Assembly: GCA_010015585.1 (NCBI GenBank)
Contig: ML975198.1
Length of the DNA stretch: 36,981 nucleotides
Direction: 5' to 3' (one strand)
Source of the DNA: Eremomyces bilateralis CBS 781.70
Lineage: Eukaryota
The position numbers and the translations under genes are program-made. Shown piece by piece: positions 8,807-20,751 of the stretch (the first letter of the stretch is position 1; each line of letters begins with the position of its first letter). The notes under the pieces were generated by a model. The model made no database searches. It was given only the letters and a program-made list of their open reading frames with translations, and had not been told where the DNA came from.

Positions 8807-10884
8807 AAAATAGGCCTGTGGTGCATAAAGGCAACCTTTCTGCCCCAAATCATCACGAGCGTAGCTAGTACGTGATCTCTGCCTTCCTAGAGTATACCTA
8901 AGGGAAGCTTCTGTTTGAGTAGAATCACCATCCCTCCCCCGTAGGACTACTAATTAATCAAATATTCTTAATCATGAGGAGGAAACACGGAAATAGCCGA
9001 ATCGCTCAAAAATAGCATCTTCGCGACCAGTGCATACTTCCTAATTAGGAAATCAAATGATCCCCTTTTCTCATCAGATTGTCTAATCGTACAGTGATGT
9101 TTTGATCCTGATCTCGCGCCACATAAACCACCTTGCTTATAGCACTCACTCTCCGCCTTCCGGAAATCCTCCGCATCTATGTCACCCAGCTATAAACGCC
9201 GTCCCTACCGTGCCGCCTGTAAAGGAAGAGGAATTAAGGGTGACGATCCGACTGCCCGTCCGAGATCCTACACTATGTTAACACAGCGCGATTGATTCAA
9301 ATGATGTAAACAAACCTCTGCCGTAATATGCTGGTTCTCCCTCCTGCGCGCATCATCCTTCCGGAACTTCATCGTCTCCCTCTCCGTGCGAGGGTTCAAA
9401 TCCTGTAAATCGAATGGAGCCTCAAACATGATCCCTCGAAGGCCTTTCACACGGGAGACTGCCACGTAGGTCAGGCCAGACGCGAACTCCCGCTCCGAAA
9501 TATCCAGCACAGCCCGTGCTAAAGTCATTCCCTGCGACTTATGCGTTGTGATGGCGTAGGCGATGGTTAACGGGAACTGTGAACGCGAGTAGGAAGTGTT
9601 CTCGATATAGAACTCGCGGCGTGATGGGAGGATTGGGACCAAAGCAAAGCCGTCTACGACCAACGTCGGTCCATCATACCGATCGAATTGAACGAGGAGT
9701 ACGGAAGGAGGATCCTTATGGATATCAGCACCAGCCTGCCAGCTAATATCACGCACTGTTTCCATCGCACCGTTCACCAGGCCTCGTTCGGTCCAGAGAT
9801 TCTCTGTCAATATAACACGGGTTCCTAACGCCATCGGAATCTCAGAATAGAGGTTTCCTGCATCATCAGTCGGAGCCTTTCCTGCCTTCGCCCCTCCTTC
9901 GTGAATTGCTCGACACATTATGACAGGAGAACGGAGATCGCGTAAGCGACGATAGTTAAACACGGCGATAGGCACTTTCTTACCGAAGATACGGAGAGCG
10001 TCCCGGAACGATGCCACCTCCTCAGACGGAAGCATGGCCTGTACTTGTGTACTAAGCAATGTCCAGTCGTCACAAGTTGCGGAGCCTATCCGCAGGTGAT
10101 CGAGAGCCTGGCGGAACTGAATCGACTCAACGTCATTGCCCTGCTGCCGAACAGCTTCATCAAGCTTGATCATTCGCTCGAATTGGTAGTAGATATTACG
10201 CCCATGCCGTTCATCTAGATTTAGATCCTTCTTCTGGTTATAAAGAGCAGTTGCCAAGACTGGAGGAAGCTGGAAGAAGTTGCCACAGAGGAGAATACAG
10301 AGACCGCCGAAAGACTTGTGTATGTAAGGAAAGATCTCGCGGCAACGACGGTCAATATAAGAGAGCTGGCGAAGGCCGATCATAGATTTTTCGTCGATGA
10401 TCAGATACCGTATAACTCGGAACTTGGCCTGAGCGGTTTGAAGAGCAGCCGGCAGGAGGGGATCGAGAAACTTGACATCCCGAACAGGAAAACGAAAAAG
10501 AGTATGCGGTGTTTTACCGTATCGACACCGCCAGCAGGTCTTAAGACGACGCCGTCCGCGATGCTTTGAAGTAAACTCCTCATCCAGCCTCCAATTCCTG
10601 CAATGCTTGCAATAATGAAGAGTGACCCGGTGCAAATGGAAGACGGGGCGGTGGCGGCATGCCACCTCCAGGGTCTCCAGAAGGCATAATTAGTATGCCA
10701 TGAAAAGCAATTGTTGGCGAGAGAAAGAGGGGCAGATAGGAGGAGGAGGCGACCAATCAGACAACGCGCAGCAAAAAGACCTTGAATCACGTGATTCAAG
10801 GTCCACTGACCAATCAGACAGCGTTAAAAAAAATGTCACTCTTCCAATTAAGTAACTCGCTACGGAGTACGCTCGTGATGATCA
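8807..10884 (-). mobile_element. Internally deleted Helitron2/Helentron-like rolling-circle element
   Basis: 15-bp asymmetric inverted repeat ATCATCACGAGCGTA (8849-8863) / TACGCTCGTGATGAT (10868-10882). A hairpin at 8823-8843 lies just downstream (element orientation) of the 3' repeat, followed by TATTTT. Encloses a zinc-finger plus partial Pif1 ORF. Exact ends are uncertain by a few bp. Confidence 0.65.
9268..10665 (-). pseudogene. Truncated Pif1-family helicase fused to an N-terminal C2C2 zinc-finger-like segment (Rep/Hel remnant)
   Basis: Pif1 motifs LIIDEKSMI, FGG..ILLCG(N)FFQLPPV, VRQ, GLVNG, QFPL.IAYAITTHKSQGMTL and GLTYVAVSRV are present. There is no Walker A and no Rep domain; CKHC..CWRC joins directly to GKTPHTLF near 10520. 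Confidence 0.8.
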
Positions 10885-11305
10885 AGGTGATGTGGCTGAA
10901 TGTGGCTAAACCGACCAAAATGTCACATGACACATCGTGCTCATGAGAAGCTAATCTGGAAGGGGAAGGCAGAGGCTCTCAAAATACATGTGACCGTGAC
11001 TGAGGGGTCGAAGAGAGGCCAGGCTTTCCAGTATTACACATCACCGTCTTCAGGGTCTTATATGGATTTGCCAGAAACATGAGAGATGAGGGTCCATCAA
11101 CTTACGTACTTGTAGGCTACCTGTACCGTACTAGACTGCGATTATTTTGATCCGTCAGGGAGCTCCGAATCGGATAGCTTCGAAGATGTGAAGCTCGTTC
11201 TTCCACGTTCCGCTTCTCTCTGAATTATACGAATTTCGTGTGAGACTTGATGAACAATTGTGATGAAACATTATATTTCCAACTGCGCAGATCTGACAGC
11301 TCAAA

Positions 11306-13364
11306 ATGACTCTAGGCAGGTAACCCGAACAAAATTACCCTGGCTTCCAGCACTAACTTTGCAAAGGGAAGCATTTCATCAATGACGTTGGAGCTGTCGT
11401 CGAGCGGGGTTTGCGCAGTCACTTAACAAATGACGGCAGGCTCAGATTAATAGAATCAGAGAAAGGTGAGAAGTAAACGATCCGTTTGAAAATGTTACGT
11501 TGCTTACATTTCGGGGGTAGTTTTGTATTTGCAGCCAAGCTCAAGTAATGAAAAAGTCCATCTAATCTCCGGCGGAGGGTCGGGCCATGAGCCAGCCCAC
11601 GCGGGATATGTGGGTGATGGCATGCTCGATATATGCGTTGCTGGAAACGTCTTCGCATCACCCTCCGCACCCCAGATCTTGGCGGGATTGAGATCCTGTC
11701 CATCAAAGAAGGGGTCCGTATTGACGGCATCAGAATGATAGTTCACGACTGACGAATCCTGAACACAGGACGCTCATGATAGTCAAAAACTACACAGGTG
11801 ACAAACTCAACTTTGGTCTCGCAGCCGAGAAGGCGAAAGCCGGTGGACAAAAAGTCAATGTGATTGTGGTGGGTGATGATGTCGCCGTCGAAGGAAATAC
11901 ACTCGTGGGGAGACGCGGCTTAGCAGGCGTGACATTTGTGCACAAAATCGCCGGTGCAGCAGCAGCTGAGGGGTAAGTACGGGGGTCTTCACGATTGGTG
12001 TTCACTAAACATGTGAAACACACTGGTACTAAATCTCCTTGCAGGAAGTCCCTGGAAGAGGTGACGAAGATCGCACAGCGGGTTGCGGATAGTCTTGTCA
12101 CTGCTGCAGTCAGTCTTGATCGATGCAGCGTCCCCTCAAGAATAGAGCAGTCTTCACTGCCACAGACTGAATTGGAGTTTGGCATGGGTAAGTGACATAT
12201 TTGGGATTGCCCATCGAATTCCACTGATTCATGGGGTACAGGCATTCATAATGAGCCAGGGGTCAAGAGGACTGCGATTCCACAACTACAGGAGACAATA
12301 AATGCACTTCTCGATATGCTCTTGAAGAAGAAAAACTTCTGGACCCCTGAATCTGGTTCAAGGGTCTCTGCGATGGTCAACAACCTTGGAGGGTTGAGCG
12401 TACTTGAACTGAGCGTAGTATCTGAAGAGGCGATGAAACAGCTCGCTGAACGTGGCTTGGTCATCCGACGCATCTTCACTGGGCCGTTTGTCACTTCTTT
12501 GGATGCACCCGGTTTCTCTATCACTCTGCTCGGTGTAGATGACGAGTTAGAGAGGCTTCTCGATGCCCCAACGTCCGCTCCGGCGTGGCCAAAGAAGAGC
12601 GGTGTTCCCTCCGATCTAAAAACTCAGGTAGTAGAGTGTCATACGCTTGGCCACGACGAAATCTCACAAAATGGTGGTCCAGAATCCGTTTCAGGTACGT
12701 AGTCCCCCAAATGTGTTGAGATATTCGGCTGACCTTTGCAGTATCATCTACTGTCGCTACAGAAATCATCGAGTCCATCGCGACATCAGTCAAGAGAGAT
12801 GAACCTACAATCACCCGCTACGATACCATTGCCGGTGATGGTGATTGCGGTGAAACCCTTCTTGCAGGGGCGGACTCCCTGAAGTCCAGCATTCTACCGC
12901 TGCGCGATGAAGGCGTGTCCCTCTCTGTGCTATTCCAGAAGATTGCCGCGGCAGTAGAGACGAGCATGGGCGGTACCTCAGGGGCAATTTACGCGATCTT
13001 CCTCAACGCAGTGTCGAACGCCGTTGCCTCCTCTTCAACCTCGCCCGCGGCTACTCTTCCGCAAGCATTGAGGGCCGGCCTAGATGAGCTGTGCAAGTAC
13101 ACCGCCGCACGGAAAGGCCATCGGACATTGATGGATGCGCTTATTCCGTTCGTGGACACGCTCGAACAGACGACTGATTTCAATCACGCATGCGATGCGG
13201 CTCAATCTGGTGCTGAGTCGACGAAGAATCTGGACGCATTACTCGGGAGGGCATCGTACGTTGATAAAGGCGTCTTTGAGAAGGAAGGCGGTATCCCTGA
13301 CCCTGGAGCACTGGGGGTTGTGAGTGTGTTGAGGGGTATCCAGAAGGGGTTGAAGAATGGTTAG
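11306..13364 (+). CDS. DAK1: Dihydroxyacetone kinase family (Dak1 + Dak2 domains), 7 exons
   Basis: [121 protein letters not shown]. Introns start at 11316 (GC donor), 11466, 11714, 11973, 12188 and 12695. The symbol is family-level only. Confidence 0.93.
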
Positions 13365-14755
13365 TCGTATGCGGATAATGAGTAGCAGTATACTTTGCCA
13401 GTTTCATAGCGTCCAATCTAATATTCTTTGCTATGTTATGTTTTCAAAGATAGTGCCATTCAAATAGTCGAAATACATCTTCAAGGACTGTCCTAACGTA
13501 CGTACGAACGTCGGCTTCAGGAGAGGGGCTCAACACGGACCATGTCCACACCGCAGTAACTTCGGGTACTCTATGCTGATAATTTAGAACATTCGGCATC
13601 TTGGAACTCACTCATCTTGCCAGAAAGGAAGGTGTACCCGCTCGTAAAGCAGTCGATTTCTCGGGATCTTCGGGGAACTGCATCCCATCGGCACACCGGA
13701 AGGACCGGAACGTGGGGAACGTGAAAATGTTACAGTTAAGTACGGACTACTGGCTAGTTACTGTGTTATGTACCGTTAACGTACCCGATCCCGCCCGGGG
13801 TGGAGGCGTGGAGCATGTCTCCTGGCCGATCGGGGGTGATCGATATCCCGTACGCACAGGAGCCGAGTGTTTCGGAACTGGAAGCCGTACCAGGCAACGA
13901 TGAACGAAATCATAACTATGGGAGAACTTAAGGGTTCATACACTGGAGTCCGGAGATTGTAGGTTGGGGTCATCATGACCAATATTCAATTGAGATGATC
14001 CTAATGGAGGGTTGGATTCCCATCCGAGAAGTTCTGGATTGTAGCTGCGGCGAAGTTTTGTCAGATCTCATAGTACAAATATCCTTTCTTCCATTTACCA
14101 CATACATTAGGTCGGTCTGGAAAGATTTCATGGACCGGTCTGAATGGATTTAGGTAGAACGAGGATGTGAAACATGAAGTCGAGAAGATCGCGGGATGGA
14201 GGCGAAGATATGCACATCACGATCCCCTTGAAGGGCTGTCTCTACTGTATCCGGAAGAATCATGATTCTGCTGTTTGATGGCATTTAGAAAATCCCAAAA
14301 CAATTTGAATGCGTATGGTTCGGATCACAGAGACCACAATTTTCGGCGAGTTGGGTTTTTGCAGAGTGCTTGTGTCGTTCGATTGGCGAGAGACTAGGCG
14401 CTTCTGGTTTCCTTAACCGGGCTAGCAGTGGAAGCCATGCACATTCCGCCTCTGAGTCTCAGTCACGCACCACCTCTGCCGTGTTCTCGACTCTCGAATC
14501 ATACCTAATTTTACTCCCATCTCTCAATAGTCAATTCATGGATACGCTTAGGATTTCCATATTGGATGAGTATATCCCCCATCTATGCCAAAGTCCAAAG
14601 TTAAAGGATTCTCGAGCCGCCGAGGTAGATGTATAGATACCGGTACAGTATGAGAAATGCCTTTCTGCTTGCTTTCAATTATTCAATCAAGTCCATTTTA
14701 CTTCGTTCATGTCATTTCTGTCGCTCAGCTATTGAAATTCTTTGGGATCGTGATC

Positions 14756-17176
14756 ATGGCGCCTTCGGCAGTTCCTAGGGAGATCATCCAATCCCCCTCA
14801 GACTACCCCGGTGTCGAATCGAAAGCCGTTGCAACATCACATCAAAATGGAAGCCCTCAGATAGACTCCTCGGAAAGGATAGACAAATCCTTGGGGGAGT
14901 TCAGATGTCTTATCGCAGACTTGACCGAGCAGTTCAAGGGCGGTCACCCAGGGTAAGCCGGACTTCTGCCACATCCCGCTGGAAGCCTTTTGAAGTTGAC
15001 AGTTCCAGGGGTGCTATGGGAATGGCTGCCATAGGTGTTTCGTTATGGAAATATGTGATGAAGTATTCACCCGAGAATCCGAACTTCTTCAACCGGGACC
15101 GATTCGTTTTATCAAATGGTCCGTCATTCCCTTGGATGCAGGAGGAGATCTCTGACACAATGCAGGCCACACCTGCCTTTTCCAATACAGCTTTCTCCAC
15201 CTTACCGGCTACAAGAACATGACCCTCGACCAATTGAAATCATACCACTCTTCACGAATCGATTCCATATGCCCGGGCCACCCTGAGATTGAACACGATG
15301 GCATCGAAGTTACTACTGGACCACTTGGCCAAGGCGTTGCAAACGCCGTCGGCCTCGCCATGGCGACGAAGCATCTCGGTGCCACATACAACAAACCCGG
15401 ATTCCCGCTCGTATCGAATATGACGTATTGCATGATCGGCGATGCATGTCTTCAGGAGGGTGTCGCCCTCGAATCTATCCAGCTCGCTGGCCATTGGAAA
15501 TTGAACAACCTGGTCATCATGTATGACAATAATCAGGTCACATGCGATGGCTCAGTCGATCTCTGCAACACTGAAGACGTTAATGCGAAGATGCGAGCTT
15601 GCGGATGGGATGTCATTGATATTGAGGATGGCTGCTTCGATGTGGAAGGGATCATTGCTGCCCTGGTCAAGGCCAAGGCTAACAAAGAAAGGCCAACTTT
15701 CATCAACGTCCGAACGGTTATCGGTATCGGCAGCAAAGTTCAGGGAGATGCCAAAGCCCACGGTGCTGCATTCGGTGTCGAGGGCGTCGCAGACATTAAG
15801 AGAAAGTTCGGAATGGACCCAGAGCAGCACTTTTCCATCTCGGAAGATACATACGAATTCTTCCGGGATGGCAAGTCCAAGGGCAGGCAGATCGAGACTG
15901 AATGGAACGACTTGGTCCAGAAGTACGCAACTGAATATCCAAACGAGCACTCGGAGTTCCAGAAGCGGGTGAGAGGCGAGATGACGGAGGACTGGAGCAA
16001 ACTTATCCCAGCCAAATCAGAGTTCCCGACTACTCCTACTCCTTCAAGAAAATCGGCTGGTTTAGTTTGCAATCCTATTGCAGCCGAGATGCAAAGCATG
16101 ATGGTTGGGACTGCCGATCTGTCACCATCTGTGAACATGATCTGGAAAGGCAAGGTCGACTTTCAAAATGTATGTTGGTATCGAATTTTCCTTTTTTTCT
16201 GAGGCCTCACTAACCGATAACAGCCTGACTTGCGAACAACATGCGGAATCAATGGCGATTATTCCGGCCGATACATCCATTGGGGCATCCGAGAGCATGC
16301 AATGGCATCGATATCGAATGGGTTAGCAGCCTTCAACAAAGGCACGATCCTACCAGTCACATCCACCTTCTTCATGTTCTACATCGTAAGTGCAATATCC
16401 TACCTACAATGACCTGTAGAGACAGCACTGACTCTGACTAGTACGCTGCTCCCGGTGTCCGCATGGGCGCTCTCCAACACCTCCAATGCATCCACATCGC
16501 TACCCACGACAGCATCGGCACTGGTGAAGATGGCCCAACCCACCAACCCATCGCCCTACCCGCCCTCTACCGCGCCATGCCCAATCTCCTCTACATCCGC
16601 CCCTGCGATTCGGAAGAAGTCGCCGGTGCCTTCATCTCCGCGCTGCAAGCGAAGAACACTCCCTCAATCATCTCCCTATCCCGCCAAAACCTCGAGCAGT
16701 ACCCCGCCTACTCATCACGAGACGGCGTCCAGAAGGGTGCCTACGTCTTCATTGAGGAGGAAAATGCCGACGTCACCTTGATCGGCGTAGGCGCTGAGAT
16801 GATTTTCGCAGTCAGGACGCGCGACGTGCTACGTGAGAAGTTTGGCATCCGCGCACGGGTCGTCTCATTCCCCTGCCAGCGAATCTTCGATGCCCAACCG
16901 ATCGAATACAAGCGCGATGTACTACGGTACCGGAGCAACGCGCCGAGAGTGGCGATCGAGGCGTACGCTGTTAATGGCTGGGAGAGGTACGCGGATGCTG
17001 GATACTCGATGAGCACGTTCGGGCATTCGTTGCCGGGTGCAGCTGCGTATAAGTACTTTGGGTTTGACGAGAACAAGATCGCGCCGAAGGTGGCCGAGCT
17101 TGTTGAAGAGGTGAAGAAAGACGGAATAGAGGCACTCAGGGGGGAGTTCCGTGATTTGAATGAAGGGCCTCGCTGA
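14756..17176 (+). CDS. Transketolase of the dihydroxyacetone synthase (formaldehyde transketolase)-like clade, 5 exons
   Basis: FRCLIADLTEQFKGGHPG-GAMGMAAIG, NRDRFVLSNGHTCLFQY, GHPE, TTGPLGQG, GDACLQEG, TADL, GIREHAM, FFMFY.YAAP.VRMGAL, THDSIGTGEDGPTHQP. These variants resemble DAS-type enzymes more than housekeeping TKL1 (which typically reads NSGHPGAP.G). Introns 14953-15008, 15119-15165, 16170-16223, 16386-16441. Confidence 0.9.
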
Positions 17177-17939
17177 TCTGTAATTTCGGAAAGCGGGTTG
17201 GGTTGTTGGTGTCTTGGTTGTTTAATAGGTTATGAATATATATCACACGTGTGGAAATCACTGACGAATGTCGCATCTAATCTACCCACGGGTGTCCCTT
17301 GCACTCAAAGTGCATGTCTCTAGCTCACAGGTTTTCAGTAGAAACACTTCTCATTTTGGCACGGAAGAGACAAGTATCCTCAAGTTGTGGGCTAAGCTCG
17401 CCAGCATTCAGAGGCAAAATATTTCCCTCCAGCTCAGGGGGAGATGTTGGATCCGTTTAAATTCGGGGACGTTCGGTCTTGGAACAGCGGCGAAATACAG
17501 TGCATTCAGTTCGGCGAGTTCGACGTCTTCGTATTGTTCATGTTTTTGAGCAGGCCGACGACGGAATTTCCTACGGAGTTGGGTCTGCAAGATTAGATTA
17601 CGATGATGCTGTGAATAACGTCAATTTTTAAGAGAAGAGCATTAAGCTGAGCTGAACTCCCACCAGCATACACCACAAAAGTAGTGGATACAATGCAATA
17701 AAAGCGTCAGACCGGCAGCTATACGAAGCACAAGACAAGTAAACATGGAGGAAAGAAGCCAACGACTTCCATTATATGATTTTTCGGTTTTATAATTGGT
17801 GAATACGAGTAAATAACCTCAACGCAAATATGAGAAATATAAAAATCCAAGCAAAGTGCTTTCCCAAATCCATTCATGCACCACACACCTCTCCATGCAC
17901 CAGAGTGAATGGCCGTTATATGGTAACATCATCTCGTTC

Positions 17940-20751
17940 TTACAGCAATGCCATGACGACCGCAACGGCGCCCAGGAAGCCGCTGACGCTGAGAGCTGCG
18001 GCGCTACCGTGGAATTGCGCAGGAGACACCGGCTTCGAGGGCTGGGGGTAGTTCGGGCCGCTCGGCTTTCCGACGGGCGGCTGCACACCGGTACCGGTGG
18101 GCGCAATGCTAGCGGTGGAATTCTTCCCATAAGAATGACCCTCCACTTGCTTGCCAACAACAGGAGGAGACGGCTTGGGGACCACTGTCATGGTAACGAC
18201 AGGGGCGGCAGGCTTGTCACCAGTGACGGTGATGGTGTTGGTGCTATAAGACGTCTTCGAGATCGTCGTCGTTGTCGTCCGGGGCTTGTCTCCACCCGGG
18301 GGGTTTGGCTTGGGGTGGTCTCCACCAGGAGGCGAAGGGCCTGGCTTGTGTGGCCCGTGGGGAGAAGTCGCAGGCACCTCAGTCTCAGTGACGGGGCAGA
18401 CAGTCGTAGTAACGGAGACGACGATCGTGACGACGCGGGGGGTCTTGCTCTCGTTGGGGCAGTTCGGGACCGTGTCGGGGCAATCGGTGATGGTGCTAGT
18501 GAGGGTGGAGTAGATGGTTGAGGTGGTATAAGTGGTTGGAGGGGGTGGGGTCACAGAGCTCTCAGGGGCAGAGGAAGAGGGAGAACCTGGGCTAGAGCTT
18601 GGCGGTGGTGGTGATACAGTGTTCTCAGGTACGGAGGAAGATGGAGAAACTGGGCGAGAGCTCGACGGTGGTGGTGATACAGTGCTCTCAGGGACAGAGG
18701 AAGATGGAGAAACTGGGCGAGAGCTCGACGGTGGTGGAGAGCTGGACGGGTGGTGAGACACTGTTCCGTTGCTGTATGGCGGCCGGGTCGAGACGGTTGG
18801 ATGATGGCTGCTCGGGCTCGTAGGTAGTTGAGAAGAACCGCCGGTCTGAGATCCAGAAGGACGAGGGGAGTGGCTGCTCTGGCTTCCTGACGGACGAGGA
18901 GAGTGGCTGCTGTGGCCTCCCGTAGGATGGTGAGAATGGCTGCCCTGGCTTCCTGAAGGGCGAGGAGAGTGGCTACCATGGCCTCCTGTAGGATGGTGAG
19001 AGTGGCTGCTCTGGCTCCCTGAAGGACGAGGGGAGTGGCTACTCTGGCTTCCTGAAGGGCGGGGAGAGTGGCTGCTGTGGCTTGCAGTAGGATGGTGAGA
19101 TCCGCTGTGGCTTCCAGTGGGGCGAGGGGAGTGGCTGGAAGCACGGCTGCTCGACGGGATGCTTGAGCCTGAAGAAGCGCTTGATCCAGAGCTAGAGGCA
19201 ACAGAGCTGCTGCTGGAAGAGCTGCTGGAAGAGCTGCTGGATGAGGTGCTGGAAGAGCTGCTGGATGAGGTGCTAGAGGCGATGCTTGAAGAGCTGCTGG
19301 AGGAGCTGCTGGAGGAGCTAGTAGTGGAAGAAACGACGGAGGAGCTGGATAGAGGCGGTCCGCAATGTCCAAAGAGTGGCTGGCATCCAGAGTCGCAATG
19401 GGCAGTGCTGCTGCCACAATATCCATGCTGGCTGCAGCAGACACCCGGCTGGCATACGTAGATCGCAGAGGGTTGAGGGCCGCATGAGCCGTCAGGAGAC
19501 GTCTGGGTGGGCTTCGGGGGTGCGGCCGACGAGGACGACGTGGGAGCGCAGCTTGAGAACGTCTTGCCGCTGCCGAGGCTAATCAGGGCATCCTTCATAT
19601 AGTAGGCATATTCCTTTCCGCAGATCTGGTTTCTCTTGCTGTATGTGGATTCCCAGAGCATGATGCCACCGAATTTGTCATCAGTATAGTAGTCTGAAGC
19701 AATTGTGAAGGCCTCGGCGGGGGAAAGGTAGTAAGACTTGTCAGTGAAAATGGCTTCTGTGGAGGCGGGCTGAGAATCCATTAGTCGCGCCCCTCTATAT
19801 TCCTTTCCGGCGACTTACAAGACCAATGTAGTATCTAACATTGGGGTTCCGCGAGGGGTGATCACTCCAAGCATTGTAAGTGAAAGCTGCCATGTCGGTC
19901 AGGCCCGTGCGGGCAGAGCACAGCGCAGTGTTATAGAATTGGACGAAGACAAAGTCGATCCAGGAGTGCTCCAACGCATCAGACAAGTGCGAGTCGGGAA
20001 CGATGCACTGAGGAGCGGCAGAGATATAGTACTCGTTCGGCCCGGCAGGGAAACAATAATCCTTGAGGTAGTTGATCAGGTCGGCATAGCCACGGGACTC
20101 ATAGTCCGCGAACGGCGGGTCCGGCATCAGCGACTCGATATCAAAGTCGAAGCCATCAATGCTGGAGTCGCCGAACGGCCGGGGAAGCCCAGCGGCAACC
20201 CACTCGTCCGTTTGAGGGCCGAAAGCACCCCAGAGGAATTCCGCGAAGTCTTTGGCGGAGGTCGCGTTATTGATATAGTAGTTGGTCGGGGAACCGCCAC
20301 CAATGGAGAGGAGGACTTTCTTGCCAGCGGCTTGGCAAGTCTTGATATCGGGACCAATCTGCGGGCAGTTGCTCCTCAGTTCGGTCTTCACGCCGTTGTT
20401 ACTGTACATCTCCTCGCCGCAGGCATTTCCGAAATTGGTCGCTGGCCATCCACCAGGCGAATTATCGGGAAATCCATTCACGAACGAGAGGTTGATGATG
20501 TCGACGTCGTCACTTTGGCAGGACTCGGAAAGCCGTGCTTGGGATGCACCTTGGCCCTACCAAACAGGAAAACGATCAGCCGGTTCCATAAAAGTCTCAA
20601 ATACGAGATCGATCGACATGCGATGAGATCTTTAAGGCTGACATACCCAGTAGACAGCAACATTATTCTTAGACGTCGGATCGAATGCCGCAGAAGCAAC
20701 TGAAAGCAATGAAGTAGCTGCAGCAGCTACTGTGAAGGAACGCATCATCAT
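17940..20751 (-). CDS. Secreted GH18 class III (subgroup B) chitinase with CBM18, long Ser/Pro/His-rich stalk and probable GPI signal, ~890 aa; exons 20751-20647, 20556-19819, 19769-17940
   Basis: Signal peptide MRSFTVAAAATSLLSVASA, then VYWGQG, NFGNAC, IKTCQAAGKKVLLSIGG, catalytic DGFDFDIE, SAAPQC, VQFYN and FGGIMLW. Hevein-like SCG..C..CCSQHGYCG....HC..GCQ..FGHC at ~19500-19362. Hydrophobic C-terminus. Confidence 0.93.
18538..19350 (-). repeat. Coding tandem repeats in the chitinase stalk
   Basis: 63-bp units (18604-18666, 18667-18729, a degenerate third at ~18538-18603) encoding PPPSSSRPVSPSSSVPE.TVS; alternating SHSPRPSGSQS / SHSHHPTGGH units at ~18850-19140; poly-Ser at ~19140-19350. 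Confidence 0.9.

Noticed and set aside
9268..10665. Functional cellular PIF1 gene
   Set aside because: Lacks Walker A, has an altered motif III, and lies between Helitron-like termini.
14756..17176. Housekeeping TKL1
   Set aside because: N-terminal and active-site neighbourhood motifs fit the DAS-like clade better; judged by eye only.
17268..17590. Possible decayed gene fragment on the minus strand
   Set aside because: Reads protein-like but has stops and no recognisable motif.
17856..20703. Long + strand ORFs (17856-18521, 19117-19461, 19858-20703)
   Set aside because: Antisense shadows of the GC-rich, repetitive chitinase coding sequence.
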